A program made the position numbers and the translations under genes. Below are positions 9,890-22,319 of a stretch of 64,000 bases of DNA, in pieces (within the stretch, counting starts at the first letter, position 1; every line of letters begins with the position of its first letter). Source of the DNA: Octopus bimaculoides (Eukaryota); contig NC_068983.1 in assembly GCF_001194135.2 (NCBI RefSeq), forward strand, positions 92,472,331-92,536,330, in the 5' to 3' direction. The notes under the pieces were generated by a model. The model saw only the letters and a program-made list of their open reading frames with translations, was not told the origin of the DNA and made no database searches.

Positions 9890-12800
9890 ATAGATACAAA
9901 TAGTTTAGCACTACATCAATATCTTGTCCAAGATAAAAATATAAGAGAATACGTTAGGAATAATCCAGGAATAAAGAAACCCCAAAAAACAATGAATGAA
10001 ATGGAGACTAAAATAGTAAAACACAATGACAACACTAGGTAGGAAATAAACAGGATGCATAAAGCAGTAAATGCAGTTAGAAAGAGCAGCCATATAGTAG
10101 GAACAGAAATAACATATAATAACATACCAAACAGATACATTAAAAGAAGTGGAAATATAATAAATCACAAAATTATATGGTTTAACCCAATCTTCAGATT
10201 GCAAATAAAATCTAGGATCAGACAGGAATTCTTCTCTGTACTGGACAGACATTTTCCTAGATTGAGTAAGTATTATAAAATCTTCAACAGGCATATTGTG
10301 AAGTTAGCATACATGACATCACATAACCTAGAATATTATATACACAAATTAAATGATAAAAAACTTAATAAAATAAAACTAGAATGTTGAAACAGAAAAA
10401 TGGTTGATAAAAATAGAATAAGCAGCAAGAGAAATGGATAAAAAGATGAATAGTAAATATTCTATAAAAACAGATATGGGTCCATCATTAACAGTGAAGT
10501 CTAAACTCAGGATGAATGAGACCATAGTAGTAGAAGAAAGACAAAAAATAAGTGGTGATAACAACTTCAATAGCAACCAAAACACACAGTTAAAAACCAA
10601 TCTGCTCAAACATAGGTGAGGATGTGGAACATGAAAACAACAAAACCAAAAACAACACAGCAACATATGTGGTCTGACCAATAAGTACTCAGACTGTTGC
10701 CATAGTAATGAAGCTAAAGCGCATAGAGTGAAGCCTCTTGGTACTGATTGACCTTGAACTCTGCTGTGCATGTGCACTAAGTTTTAACATTCTAGCTCAC
10801 TTCCGCTATTTACAGAGTGCTTGGAATGAACGTGTGTAGCATATGATCATCGCATTGACTATGACAGAGAAAGTTGAGCAGAGAGAATCTGCATCAAATT
10901 TTGCCAAAAGCTTGGAGATACCTGCTCAGAGGCCTACACAAAGTTGCAGAAAGTGTATGGAGAGGAGTGTATAAGCTGCACACAAGTGTATGAGTAGTTC
11001 AGACATGTTTTCAAGATAGCCCCAAAAATGTCATTAATGATGAGTGTTCTGGGAGACCTGCAACCAACAGAACTGAGAAAAGCATTGCAGATGTGTGTGC
11101 AGCTGCAAGGGGAAATCGTTGAATCACCATCCATGAGTTGTCAGAGGATGTGCACATGAGTTATGGTTCAGTTCAGTCCATTATCACTGAAGTTTTAGGT
11201 ATGAGACATGTGTCTGCCAAGTTTGTGTGAAAACTGCTTACAGCTGACCAAAATGACACTTGGGTTTCAGTTGCACAAGATCTCCTTAACTGTGTTGAGA
11301 ATGACAAAACTTTTTGAAAATGGTCATAACCGGTGATGAATCATGGATCTATGACTATGACCCTAAAACAAAGACTCAGTCTTCGCAGTGGACGACCCCA
11401 AAGTCTCTGAGATCAAAGGAAACATGAATGAGTCAAAGCAATGTGAAGACACTGTTGACTGTTTTCTTCAACTACAAGTGGATTGTTCAGCATGAGTATG
11501 CTTCACCTGGTCAGACAGTAAAGGAGTACTACCGTGATGTTTTTCAGGATGCTATTTGTCAGAAAAGGCCACAATTGCATGCATCCAGTCAGTGAGTGGC
11601 AATTGCACCATGACAACGCACCTGCCCATTCAGTAGCAGTTTTTGGCTAGGCACAGCATTCCCCAGGTCTGACAGTCACTGTATTCCCCAGATTTCACCC
11701 CTTGTGACTTTTTCCTTTTTCCAAAAATCAAATCCCGCTTGAAAGGAAGAAGATTTAAGGACATTGGGGAAATCAAAATGAATGCAACATGGCAGCTGCT
11801 GATTATCTCAGAAAACAAGTTCCAGGAATGCTTCCGCCAATGAAAACAGTGCGGATTAAGTGTGTAGCTTCTGAAGGGGACTACTTTGAAGGAGATTAAA
11901 TGACAAATTGGTACTTGTAGTTTTTATAGCACCAGTCCAGATACTTATTGATCAGATCTCATATAAATACTGACAGAAAAATGAATGCAAATTTGAAAAT
12001 AAATTCCTGAGGAAGAGCATGATTTATAAATGTGAAATGAAGGCAGGTGCACTAAAATATGTGTACATTGGTGGGACATCAGACATGATGAAAAACTGTC
12101 TGGGAAACATTCTTGCATCATTCTTGGATGAAAATAAAAGTCACTGCGCATCTTTAGCTAACCTCAGCTGAAGACTAAAAGTGAATGGAGTGGAACACAC
12201 AACTAAGTGGTCTATATTAAAAAGACACCAAACCATATGATGGAACATCATAGGTTTGCAACATATGACTGGAGGAAACACTGGAGATTTTTATCTCCCA
12301 GGAAAACATAATTAATAGACACTTTGAAGTGGTTGTATCTTGTAGTTATAAAATAAAAAAATATTTCCTGGGACTGGAACAAAGTATTATGAAACCAAAA
12401 ACAACATCATTAGCATCAAACCAAACAATAGAGAAACCTCTCAAATGATGTAAACAAAATGACCTTATGTACAGCATGGAATTTATTACAAGGAAATTTT
12501 AGCATAACAGGGTCTAAATATCAAGAATACCACCATAAACCATGTACATAATATTGTGCTTATTATTATCTAATTGAACATACAAGGAAAATAATATTAG
12601 ATGAATATACTGGCTCAACAGAAAAACTAACAACATCAACAAATGAATAGTAGCATCACTAACATATAACATGCCCCTTTAAGGAACAAATATTTGACAA
12701 TGCAGCAGGTGACCCTGTGAAATACTTAACAATACCAAGGTAATCCCATTCCCCTCTTTCACCAGTGCCACTCAGAAATCCTGAACTGATAACATCTAAA

Positions 12801-13450
12801 CAAATATTTGCTCCCTTATCCTTACAGCTTGTAAAATCATTAATGTAGCACCCTGTCAAAGTTGAGGTTAAATCAAAACATTCAATGCACCCCTCTCACA
12901 GCACCATGTACACTGAAATCAAAACAAGGCAAATCATTACCATCTTCTTTTCTTTCTCCTCTTACATTATTTATTCTTTCTCTCTTTTCTTTTTCCTATC
13001 CACACATGCCTTCTTGCACAAATCTAGAATACAAAGTAAAATTTCACTTATGTCCTCCCTCCCATACTGTTTCTATCTATCTATCTGTATGATAAGTCCA
13101 AATATTTACAAGAACCACACATAAATCTTACAGAACCTTCTGATTGGTGTATCCCTTAACATTCAGTACAACCAGAACACGAGAGTAATTTTTGGTTGAA
13201 GAAATGAAGACACATAATGATGGCTCCCCTTAAAATCCCAAGACATTACAAATCATATTTGTAATGTCCTATGGATGGGGAATACAGCCATAAAAGACAT
13301 GCTTTGTGGAAACATATGTAGCAATGCATTAAAATATTTATGAATTTCCATCCAAAAGTTCTCATTATTGCTATATTTATCCTACACTATAGTGGGACCA
13401 GACTTCTATAAAATTACTATCAAAGATGGGAATAATAAGTTGTAGCCAGG
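9890..13450 (+). mobile_element. Decayed Penelope-like retroelement(s): RT C-terminus and GIY-YIG endonuclease, interrupted by a mariner
   Basis: 10150-10380 reads KIIWFNPIF...QEFFSVLDRHFP...KIFNRHIVKLAY. About 12055-12300 reads YVYIGGT...KWSILKR...CNI*LEE (GIY-YIG). A second YxGSTE remnant lies near 12600. Boundaries approximate. Confidence 0.6.
10666..11963 (+). mobile_element. Full-length decayed mariner transposon
   Basis: About 33-bp imperfect TIRs with TA at each end. Transposase remnants MTEKVEQR.CIKFC, TGDESWIYDYDP, HDNAPAH, SPYSPDFTPCDFFLFPK, with stops and frameshifts. Confidence 0.92.
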
Positions 13451-13515
13451 AAAAATAGCATAGGAGCTTTTTATGAGCACACTCAAAAATATTTCCCATA
13501 AAATTAAAGGATATA

Positions 13516-13571
<56 letters not shown>

Positions 13572-14055
13572 TATTTTTGGGAAGTGTATCTAAAAGCACA
13601 TGTAAAGCTATAAATGATATCATGTAAATAATAGGAAATAATGGAATGAAAAACCCTTCTGGATAAAAGAAGTTGAGGGCTGTCCATGTCAGCAATACAC
13701 ACAGACACACACACGCACACATATATAGGCACCTCAATCAAGTAAACTCTCCTCATATTGCCCTCTTCCCACATTTCTCCAGCTGCAGCTCTACTTGATA
13801 CTGCTATACTTGTTATCCTGAACCATTTCACTTGTTAGCCATTTCTTCATTTACTAATATTGTTCTCTACACCCACAGGTTCCATAGGCTATCTTAACCC
13901 CTCGAACATCAAAACATCTTCCCTCATGCACTATACTTCTCTCTTTCTCTCTCTCTCTCTCTCTCAGCCAACCCAAACATGTCATCTCTCTCCTCCTCAC
14001 TGTCAACTGTATCATCAATTCTACCTAACAGCTAGCATCCTTCTAGCCTCCTTAA

Positions 14056-14275
14056 CCCTTTCATTACCAACCCAGCTGAAACTGGCTCTGGCTCTGAGTA
14101 CAAATGTCTTGTTTGCATAAGTTTTGAATTAAAATCTTCCAGCAAACTTTAGTCACAATTCATGTTCCTAACACTAGCTGAATGATAACTAAATTATTTT
14201 ACTAAATTTTTTGTTATATTTAAAGTAATTGAAAGAAACACAGAGCACCTCAAAATAAATACAGTAATGAAAGGG
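14056..14275. mobile_element. piggyBac-type MITE
   Basis: TTAA at 14052-14055 and 14276-14279 flank the perfect TIRs CCCTTTCATTAC / GTAATGAAAGGG. Confidence 0.85.
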
Positions 14276-14524
14276 TTAAATCATGCATCCCCTCCCTCAA
14301 CCTTTCCGAAGCTTTAAAGATGTTGCCTACCTCCCTCTCTCCCATTTCCCTTATCTCTTTCCTCCACCCATATACTCTTGCAAAGCCCCATTCACTGTTA
14401 CACACCTCATACCTTGAGGAGCCACATGGGCACCTCATCACCACAACTTGTCTCTTCATTCTTACTTTCTTTCTCCTAAATGTGAGTAGCCATGTAGCTC
14501 CTCTACAACATTAACTTGAACCTG

Positions 14525-14818
14525 CTCACTTCCTACCTCTTCTCCCATACCTTAACCCCCAGCTAACATAAGGACGCCTACCCCTACCTCCTTTGGAATT
14601 TGTTGATTTGCCAGCTGCATAGCAATTCAAAGGTGCTGGTGGAACAAAAAATGCACCCATTTCACACAAAGTGGTTGGCATCAGGAAAAATGTCAGCCAT
14701 AGAAACCATGCCAAAGCAGACACTGAAGCATAATGCAGTCCTTGGACTATTGGATCCTTGTCCAACTCTCCAACCATGCCAGCATGGAAGGCCAGCATTG
14801 AAATGATGATGATGATGA
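14525..14818 (+). mobile_element. Short repeat sharing the RTE 3' tail, ending in (GAT)n
   Basis: Diverged match to the 1-233 tail (aaaagcacc...gtggttggc.tcaggaa...ccatgccagcatggaa). Confidence 0.55.
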
Positions 14819-15289
14819 ACACACACACACATGTATGTACATATATACATACATACATGATGGCTGTAAACTTGTGTTCAAGTATTGCCATTACCTGATC
14901 GAAAGTCCCTCACATGCGAAGGCTAGGACCAACCAGTTTTGTGATAGGTCTTTCTTTTTTTTCAAAGCAATGCCTGTGCATGATGATTTTTTTATAGTGA
15001 GGAAAGGATTTGCTCAAATCCCACTCTATGAACATGAACCACATAAACTCAAAAAGAAGAACTAGTCTACATCATCAAATATTGTTAGTGCTGCAGATTT
15101 TTTCTCAGAGTTTCACTCTCCTAGAAAGATGTTATGACAACAACAGAGGCGCCTCCCACTCCCAGTGGGCCAACTGCATGCCTGGACTACTAACCCAGGT
15201 ATTTCCACATCCCCACACATACATACACACACATGTACACATATTGCTTGATGGCTGTTGAGTGCTCACGAGTTTTTTGTCATACATAC

Positions 15290-15450
15290 ATACATAAACT
15301 TCTTTCAATTTCCATCATCCAAATCCACTCATAAGGAATTGATTGGCCCAAGACTATAGTGCAAGACACTTACCCAAGGTGTAATTCAGTGGGACTGGAC
15401 CTGAAACCATGTGGCTGGGAAGCCAAGTTCTTAAGCACACAACCATATCA
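15290..15450 (-). mobile_element. tRNA-type SINE, 5' part
   Basis: Diverged copy of the family at 59612-59967. Confidence 0.6.
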
Positions 15451-15868
15451 GCTGTATTAACATTTAATATGTTAATACTGATTGTATATCTACCTAGTGA
15501 TTCTCACATCGCTACTTTATGATTTAAGAAAAATTTGACTGCTATTTGTAGTAGGTTAAGTGACTATATAGAAGGTCTCTCATTTGCTTGATCACCTGGT
15601 AACTATTGTAATTACTTCCCTGTATTTTAAAGCAATAAATTATATATGTAATTGTAGTGATGAAATGAGATAATTATGTCTTGAAATGAAGTGAGATTAA
15701 TTACACTTGAAATTAATTTTCCTGTTGTCAATCATTTTGTTTAATTAAATTAGAGTTTTAGCCCTAAACTCTTTGACAGCAGTATTAGATATATTTTAAA
15801 AACAGTAAGTAATACAAAGAAATTGAGGTTTGGGATTACTGACCACTCCTAATTTATTAAGTGGTTAC

Positions 15869-17330
15869 CAATGTATTACAGTGTAAGTGGGGTCCACTCC
15901 TTGATTCTTCAGTGCTGTAAGGAGCAATGTGAATTCTATGGAGTCGAAGGCCATCTCAAATTCAGCAAAGGCAAAACAGAGTGAGATGTTGTAGTTTTTC
16001 ACCTTTTCTTGCAGTTTTACTGGTAACCTGAATGTGATCAATAATAGAAAATCTTGTCTTCAAGCCAGTTTGTTCTTTTGGTTGATAGAGGTCCAGGGTG
16101 CCAAACATTCTTCTAAGCATAATGCAGTTCATTTTGTCACCTTTCTTGTAAAGAAATACCACTGCTAGCATCTGTGAAACAGCTTGATGAGCATCATCAT
16201 GATGGGTTCTCCACTGTCCTGAAGAATATCAACACAGATGTTATCCTCACCAGTTGCCTTATCTCTCTTGAGTTGGTTCACGTTCACTCTCATATCTGAT
16301 GGTATGATGGGAAGAGGGCATAGGGTTGGTGTTGAGTTGTTGGAGAATGGATGGTCTTGAGGTTGTCTGGTGCAATACAGTTTGCTATAGAATTCCTCAC
16401 ATTGCAACATTGAAAGATCTTTACAGCAGTGCAACATCAGCCCTTAAGTTACACTAAGTCAGTGATAAGATCAAGCTAGAGAAAGGAGCAGGACAAAGCG
16501 ACAACATCTCACCAAAGTTATTTACATTGTGCCTGCAAGATACTGTCATCAACAAAATCCAGTGGGACGAAAAAGGCATCAACATTGATGGAGAAAAACT
16601 ACAACACCTGGATTTTGTATATGATATCATCTTGACAGTGTATATACCTAAGGAACTGGAGGAAATGCTCATCAATATCCACACTGCAAGCCAATCTGTC
16701 AGCCTCAACATGAACCTTGGAAGGACCAGAATCATGTTCAACAGGCATGCTGTGCCAGCATCCATCAGTGTAAACAGCAAGACCATAGAAGAGGTAGACA
16801 GCTATGTTTACCTGGAAAAATGGTGACAAAAGATGGAAATCTCTTCTGGGAAATCAAAAGAATAGCACTTGGTTGGGTTCAATGAAAATTAAAAGAAAGA
16901 TCTTCAACAAGTACATCCTGCCAGTGATGATTTACAACAGTGAAACACAGGTTCTCAAGAACTGCAATTATGAATGCCTTCATTGTAACCCAATGAAAAA
17001 TGGAACAAATCATGCTCAGCATCACTTGTGGGACAAGTAATCCAACACCTGGATACAACAGCACATGAGAGTAGACAACATCATAAGAACCATCAACAAG
17101 TACAAATATAGATGGGCTGACCACATAGCACAACTGAAGGACAACAGATAGACAATCAGGGTGACAGAATGGACACCAAGACAATGGACAAGATAAAAGC
17201 TGATCAAAGAGAAGGTGGCAAGATAATCTCATCCACTACTTTAGACCTATATAGTCATGACTGACCAGAGACAGATTGGTGGAAGGAGGTCAAGGAGGAG
17301 TTTCTTCTTCAGGAGTGATGAAGCCCTAGA
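15869..17330. mobile_element. RTE (BovB-like) LINE fragment with an inverted 5' portion
   Basis: About 16405-15869 (-) encodes FYSKLY...DKATGEDNI...AFDSIE...NQGVDPTY. About 16407-17330 (+) continues LKDLY...KIKLEKG...DNISPKLF...KYRWADHI. Confidence 0.8.
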
Positions 17331-18039
17331 ATGGAGTGGTTAGCAATAGGAAGGGCATTCAATTGAAAAAATAAAAAGATGGTACTCTAAAAAGTAAATC
17401 TTTTTTCATGCATGAAAAATGCACTTAAAACAGATTTAGAATATTACATTTTTCTTGACAGAGGTAAATGTCAGAGTTAAAAATCAGCAAAATATACTAA
17501 GGTATGTTGTTGCTAGGGAATCAGCTGGTACACCTAGAAATCATACATACTTCCTATACTGATTGTATATGTATTGTATTTAATCATATATAAGTCACTC
17601 CTCCAATTTAGTGTTAAGTCTTACTACAAGTCACACTATAGTTTTTTCAGTTAAAATCAAGTAGAAAACAGTATGACTTATATACCAGTAAATATAGCAT
17701 CTGTGTAGATGTCAGGAATTAGTTATGTGGTGGTGTAATTTGATAATAGGTGTGCACAAAAAAAAATTATATCTTTCTAAGAAGCATAGAAATTTGTTAA
17801 TTCTATGTTTAATCTTGTTTTAAGTTGTAAGTTGGGAATAACACAGAATCTATACTACCTGACTAATGTTAATAAGACCTAGGTTACATCAAAGCCAGAG
17901 CATTCAAAATGTAGTCATCTGGTTGTCAGGACCAAACACTCTCTCATTGATTTTAATTTGCAAAATATCTAAGAATAACCATAAATTTTATTATCATTGT
18001 TTTTATATCCAATTTTTTTTAATGTTTGCATGGGTTGGA

Positions 18040-18290
18040 CAGGCTTCTAGTGTAACATCTCTGCATTTGTTTTGTTTTTCTTTTCTCACCCTTTTCGTGA
18101 GAGAGCTTTGCAGGTCAATTTACGTCACTTCTTCTTATGTTTTCCTTGGTCTTCATCAACCACAGGTCCTTCCACTTGGAGCAACTGGCACTTATTTAAT
18201 CCATCTATCATCGTACATGTCATGTGTCTATACCAGTGCAGTCCTCTGTAGCACACTAAGTTTAATTCCTTTTATATTCAGTTTTCTTGT
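18040..18290 (-). mobile_element. RTE-type LINE 3' ORF fragment
   Basis: Minus strand gives EGTCG..RPRKT.EEV, the C-terminal motif shared by the other RTE copies. Confidence 0.55.
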
Positions 18291-18339
18291 TTGATGCTGC
18301 TGACTGCAAGGTTTTTTATTTGTTTTTTCTTTTACCTAG

Positions 18340-18564
18340 GTGAATGACCAAAGTTTACTTGGCACCAGTCATGCAGAAGCTGTGCAAACCTTACGGAGTG
18401 TCAGTGATGAAATCGAGATTCTTGTCTGCAGTGGTCATTCTGAAGAAAAGATACTGCCAGACATTACTCCCTCTCCTCTTACACCTGTGTTGTACAAACC
18501 TGATTCCAATTCTATCTCAAACATCAGCAGCCAAAAAAGTGATGACCCTCTTGTCAGCTCACAG
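18340..18564 (+). CDS. scrib: Scribble-like exon, end of PDZ4 plus linker (VNDQSLLGTSHAEAVQTLRSVSDEIEILVCSG...SNSISNISS...VSSQ)
   Basis: Long polypyrimidine tract ending cctag, donor gtcagt at 18565; 225 nt, phase 0/0. VNxQSLLGxxHxEAVxxLRSV is the Scribble PDZ4 end. Confidence 0.9.
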
Positions 18565-19739
18565 GTCAGTTAGTTTTTCATACATATATTTTTTTTCTCA
18601 CAAATATACATATATGTACAAATGCATAAATATATGTAAATGTTTGTGTGTGGAATTAAAAAGAAGCCTGGTTAATAAGTTTAATTTCTTTCCTGTGATA
18701 AGGTCTATCCTAAACATTAGACTTCTCCTCATGACAAAATCATTTACTCTAATTTGCAAATATTTGTATTGAAACATGTCATCCCTAGCTTTCCTACTTC
18801 TACTGTTTTACATAAGTTTAATGTTAAAGTTTTTAAGAACTTAAATATATTTCTTTATCATTCCAATAAAACTTTTCAAGCATATCATGTAACTTTAAAG
18901 CCTTAGTTTTGGTTGAGCTATCACCAAGGAATCAAGAAAAGAACCACTGCAAACTTAGGCAATATACACATTTCTCTAATTGCATCATTCAACCGAGGTA
19001 GTAAATAAATATTATCTACTCTACAATTGAGTGATTAATGTTAAAAATGGCAGACCCCCGATAGTAAATCTTATTTCAAAACTTTGTATTGACAGTCTAA
19101 AATTATAAACTGATCAAATATAGTCTAGCATGCAAAAATAAATGTTTCTTTAGGTTGAATTTAATTTACAGAGTGATCATGCAGACTCTCATACAACAGA
19201 TGGCATTTTAGTGTTTCACTGTCGTTGCTTATTTTATTTAAGCCATTCAAAGACCTGTTATTTATCAAATATTTTGACTTTATGAGATGAAACACAAAAC
19301 CATTTTCCTCTTTGTATATTCACTTCACATGAGGCAAGTTGACAGCTAACATGTTCTGGTTTCTCTTTCCAAGGATGTTAAGGAAACAGCAAACCTAGAT
19401 CAGAATCGGCTCACTTTTCAGCTGTCTTAAACCACAAGGTGCATTATGCTAAATGAAAAATCATTTGCTGATCTTTATTTCTACAAGTTTAAGAATATGT
19501 GTGTAAACTAGTCATTACTAATACAATTACCTTATAACAAGTTTGCTTGATAATCTCAAAACTGGCAAATGCTTAAACAGAACCATTCTTCAATCAGGTC
19601 TGGTGTTCATCTGTATTTTTTGAAGCGTTTTTATATAATTAATGTTTTTTTAATTTAATAATCAATAATTTCTAATTTAAGAAATTTATTTTCAAATATT
19701 GTGACTGCATCATAAACTTTCTCTAAAATCCTTTTTTGA

Positions 19740-19885
19740 ATACGCTATGTGATTAAGAAATGTTCTTCCCAACCACTTGGTTTTGCGTTCATTCCCACTA
19801 CATGGTACCTTGGACAAATGTCCATTGACATAGCCCCAAAGCCTTGTGAGTGGACTTTGTAGATAGTACCCAAAAGAAGACCATC
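19740..19885 (+). mobile_element. tRNA-type SINE, 5' part, followed by (GT)n
   Basis: Matches the 59612-59967 family head (aaccac.tgg...ccttgga...aaagccttgtgagtgga). Confidence 0.6.
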
Positions 19886-19891
19886 ATATAA

Positions 19892-19925
<34 letters not shown>

Positions 19926-20444
19926 GAGTGGGTTTGTATTTGTCTTGTCTACATATCTGATTGATAATTGATTGTAAGCAATGACTTCTTTAACAGGATA
20001 GTTTGCTTGCAGAAAAGTACACCTAAACTTCATGATAAATCTTGAAATGTTGCATAATACAGTGTCATTTATTTCAGGCTCTCCATGTACACATGTCTGA
20101 GCAGTTTGTTGTTTGATTGACAGGGAAATCATTACCTCACTTGGAAATAAGTGGAGGGTGAAGAAACTCTGCTTCAACATACTCCTGACTGACCCATTCA
20201 AGCATGGAAAAGTAGACATGAAAATGATGACAATGACTGATAAATCATCATCATCATCATCATTTAACATACCCTTTTCCATGTATGGGTCTGACAGAAT
20301 TTGTTGAGGCAGATTTTCTACAGCTGGATGCTCTTCCTGTCATCAACCACCACCATTTATCAAACAAAGTAATATTTCACCATAGCTAGATATATTTTTC
20401 ATGTAAGATGGGAAACACACAGCCTTGCTGATACAAAAGTGATG

Positions 20445-20511
<67 letters not shown>

Positions 20512-20513
<2 letters not shown>

Positions 20514-20680
20514 ACAAGCTTCTTTCAGTTTCCATTTAACAAATCCACTCAGAGGCTCAAGTGTCCAAAAGTCCAAAGCTTCAGTCAGCAGAAGACACTT
20601 ACCCAGAGTGCTACACAGTGCAACTGAACCCAAGATCACATTAGGAAGCAAGCTTCTTAACCACTCAACCATGCCCATGC
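20512..20680 (-). mobile_element. tRNA-type SINE, 5' part
   Basis: Same family as 59612-59967, next to a (TA)n tract. Confidence 0.65.
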
Positions 20681-20689
20681 CTATATAAT

Positions 20690-22315
20690 TATATACTCAA
20701 TGTTGTTATACAGCTCATGGCAAGGCAAATGAGAGCATAATCTGTGACCTCTGCCAGAAGTGTCCCAGAGAAGAGAGCCAGTACATACAAAAACAACATT
20801 CCCTGAAGCAGGAGAGTCCTTATGAAATGAAGAATAACGATCTCAAATTGCTTAAATAAACAACATAATGATAGCAAGAAATTCTTCCTCAAAAATTCAC
20901 TCTAAAAGATTGAAAATAAACCCAGCCTCTCTCAAGAAAAAAGCAAGGGAAAAAAGAAAAACTAGGGCAGTGGAAAATATATAATTAAATCTTTAAGCCT
21001 TCCACAAGTTTGTGAAAGTGTCTGTCTCAGTGCATACAAAATAATGCCACTGTTTGTAGAAGATAATTTACTAACTGCAGATCCAAGGATAAGTGACATG
21101 CTAAATAAACAATTCCAAAGTGTCTTCACCTCTCCACTGGGAAATATATAAATAAGCAGCACTGCAGATCTACATGGGAAAGAGGCAACCAAAGATTACA
21201 TTGACATAAAGGAGGAAGATGTAATATTGGCTATTGATGAGAGGAACTCAAACTCAGTCATGAGCCAAGGTGGATTTCCAGCTGTTCTTTGAATGATGTA
21301 CAAGAAAGTTCTTGCAAAACCACTGCAGGTACTTTTTCAGAGTTCCCTTGCATGTGGTAAACTTCCCAAAATGTTAAAAGAAGGAATAATATACCCTCTC
21401 CGTAAAGGAGAAAGCAGAGATGCTAAGGATTGCAGGCCTTTCTCTCTGACCTCACATGTTAGCAAGGTCATGGAACACATTTTCAGAAGGCAGCTGATCC
21501 TGTTCCTGGAAGAAAATAACTTGCTCATAAAGACGTACCATGGCTTCTGTCCAGGAAGGGGCTACCTCACATGGCTACTACAGTATTATGACTGAGTATT
21601 GAAACAGCAGCTCAACTGGTCAAATGGGGATGTGATATATCTTAACTTTGCCAAAGTCTTTGACAAAGTTGATCATGGGATGATATGTCACATACTGCAT
21701 GACTTTTTAAAAAGTAGAAGTCAGAAGTTGCAGCCAGTTGTATTCTCTCTGGGGAGACATCAGTTCTCAGCAGAGTCCTTTCAGGGGACTGTACTGGGAC
21801 CACCACTACTGTGTGTGGTGGTTCTGTCAACATGCTCTCAGGCATACAGTTAGCCATTCTCTCCAGCTATGCTGATGATACAAAAGTACACAGGCAGTCA
21901 AGAACCCTAGTGACATCCTAAAACTGAATATCTGAATGCAATATACAAATGGGATGAAGAAAATAACATGCACTGCAATACCAAGAAGTTTCAAGCACTC
22001 CACTATCACCCACAAACAGACTACAGTTGAAATACATAGGACCAGTGAGTAATGCAATCTCCAAGTCAAAGTGTGTAAGTAATGATGCAACATTCCATGT
22101 GCATATTACCAAGACAGCAACACTGGGTAGCTGGCTGGATTTGAATATCATTCAGAACTAGGAGAAATGTTACCACGCTACTCTCAGTCATCTGGATTAT
22201 TACTGCTCCCACTTGTTCTGTCACAAATTTTATGCTCTCCAGTGACCACTGGAGAGCATAAAATTTGTGGCAGAACTCAAGGTAATCCAGTACCACTACA
22301 AAAAGAAAATGGTAA
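20690..22315 (+). mobile_element. CR1/L2-group LINE ORF2 fragment, 5' of the nested Gypsy
   Basis: RT remnants CRPFSLTSHVSKVME, HGFCPGR, IYLNFAKVFDKVDHG, QGTVLGP, YADDTK; start approximate. Confidence 0.85.
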
Positions 22316-22319
22316 AGCT

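Noticed and set aside
12257-12268. TGA at a conserved Cys position of the PLE nuclease (CNI*LEE), recalling selenoprotein-encoding Naiad PLEs
   Set aside because: The copy has other stops (TGA at an expected Trp, a TAG) and frameshifts, TGY to TGA is a single change, no SECIS was identified, and Naiads have an N-terminal nuclease. Only a family consensus could revive this.
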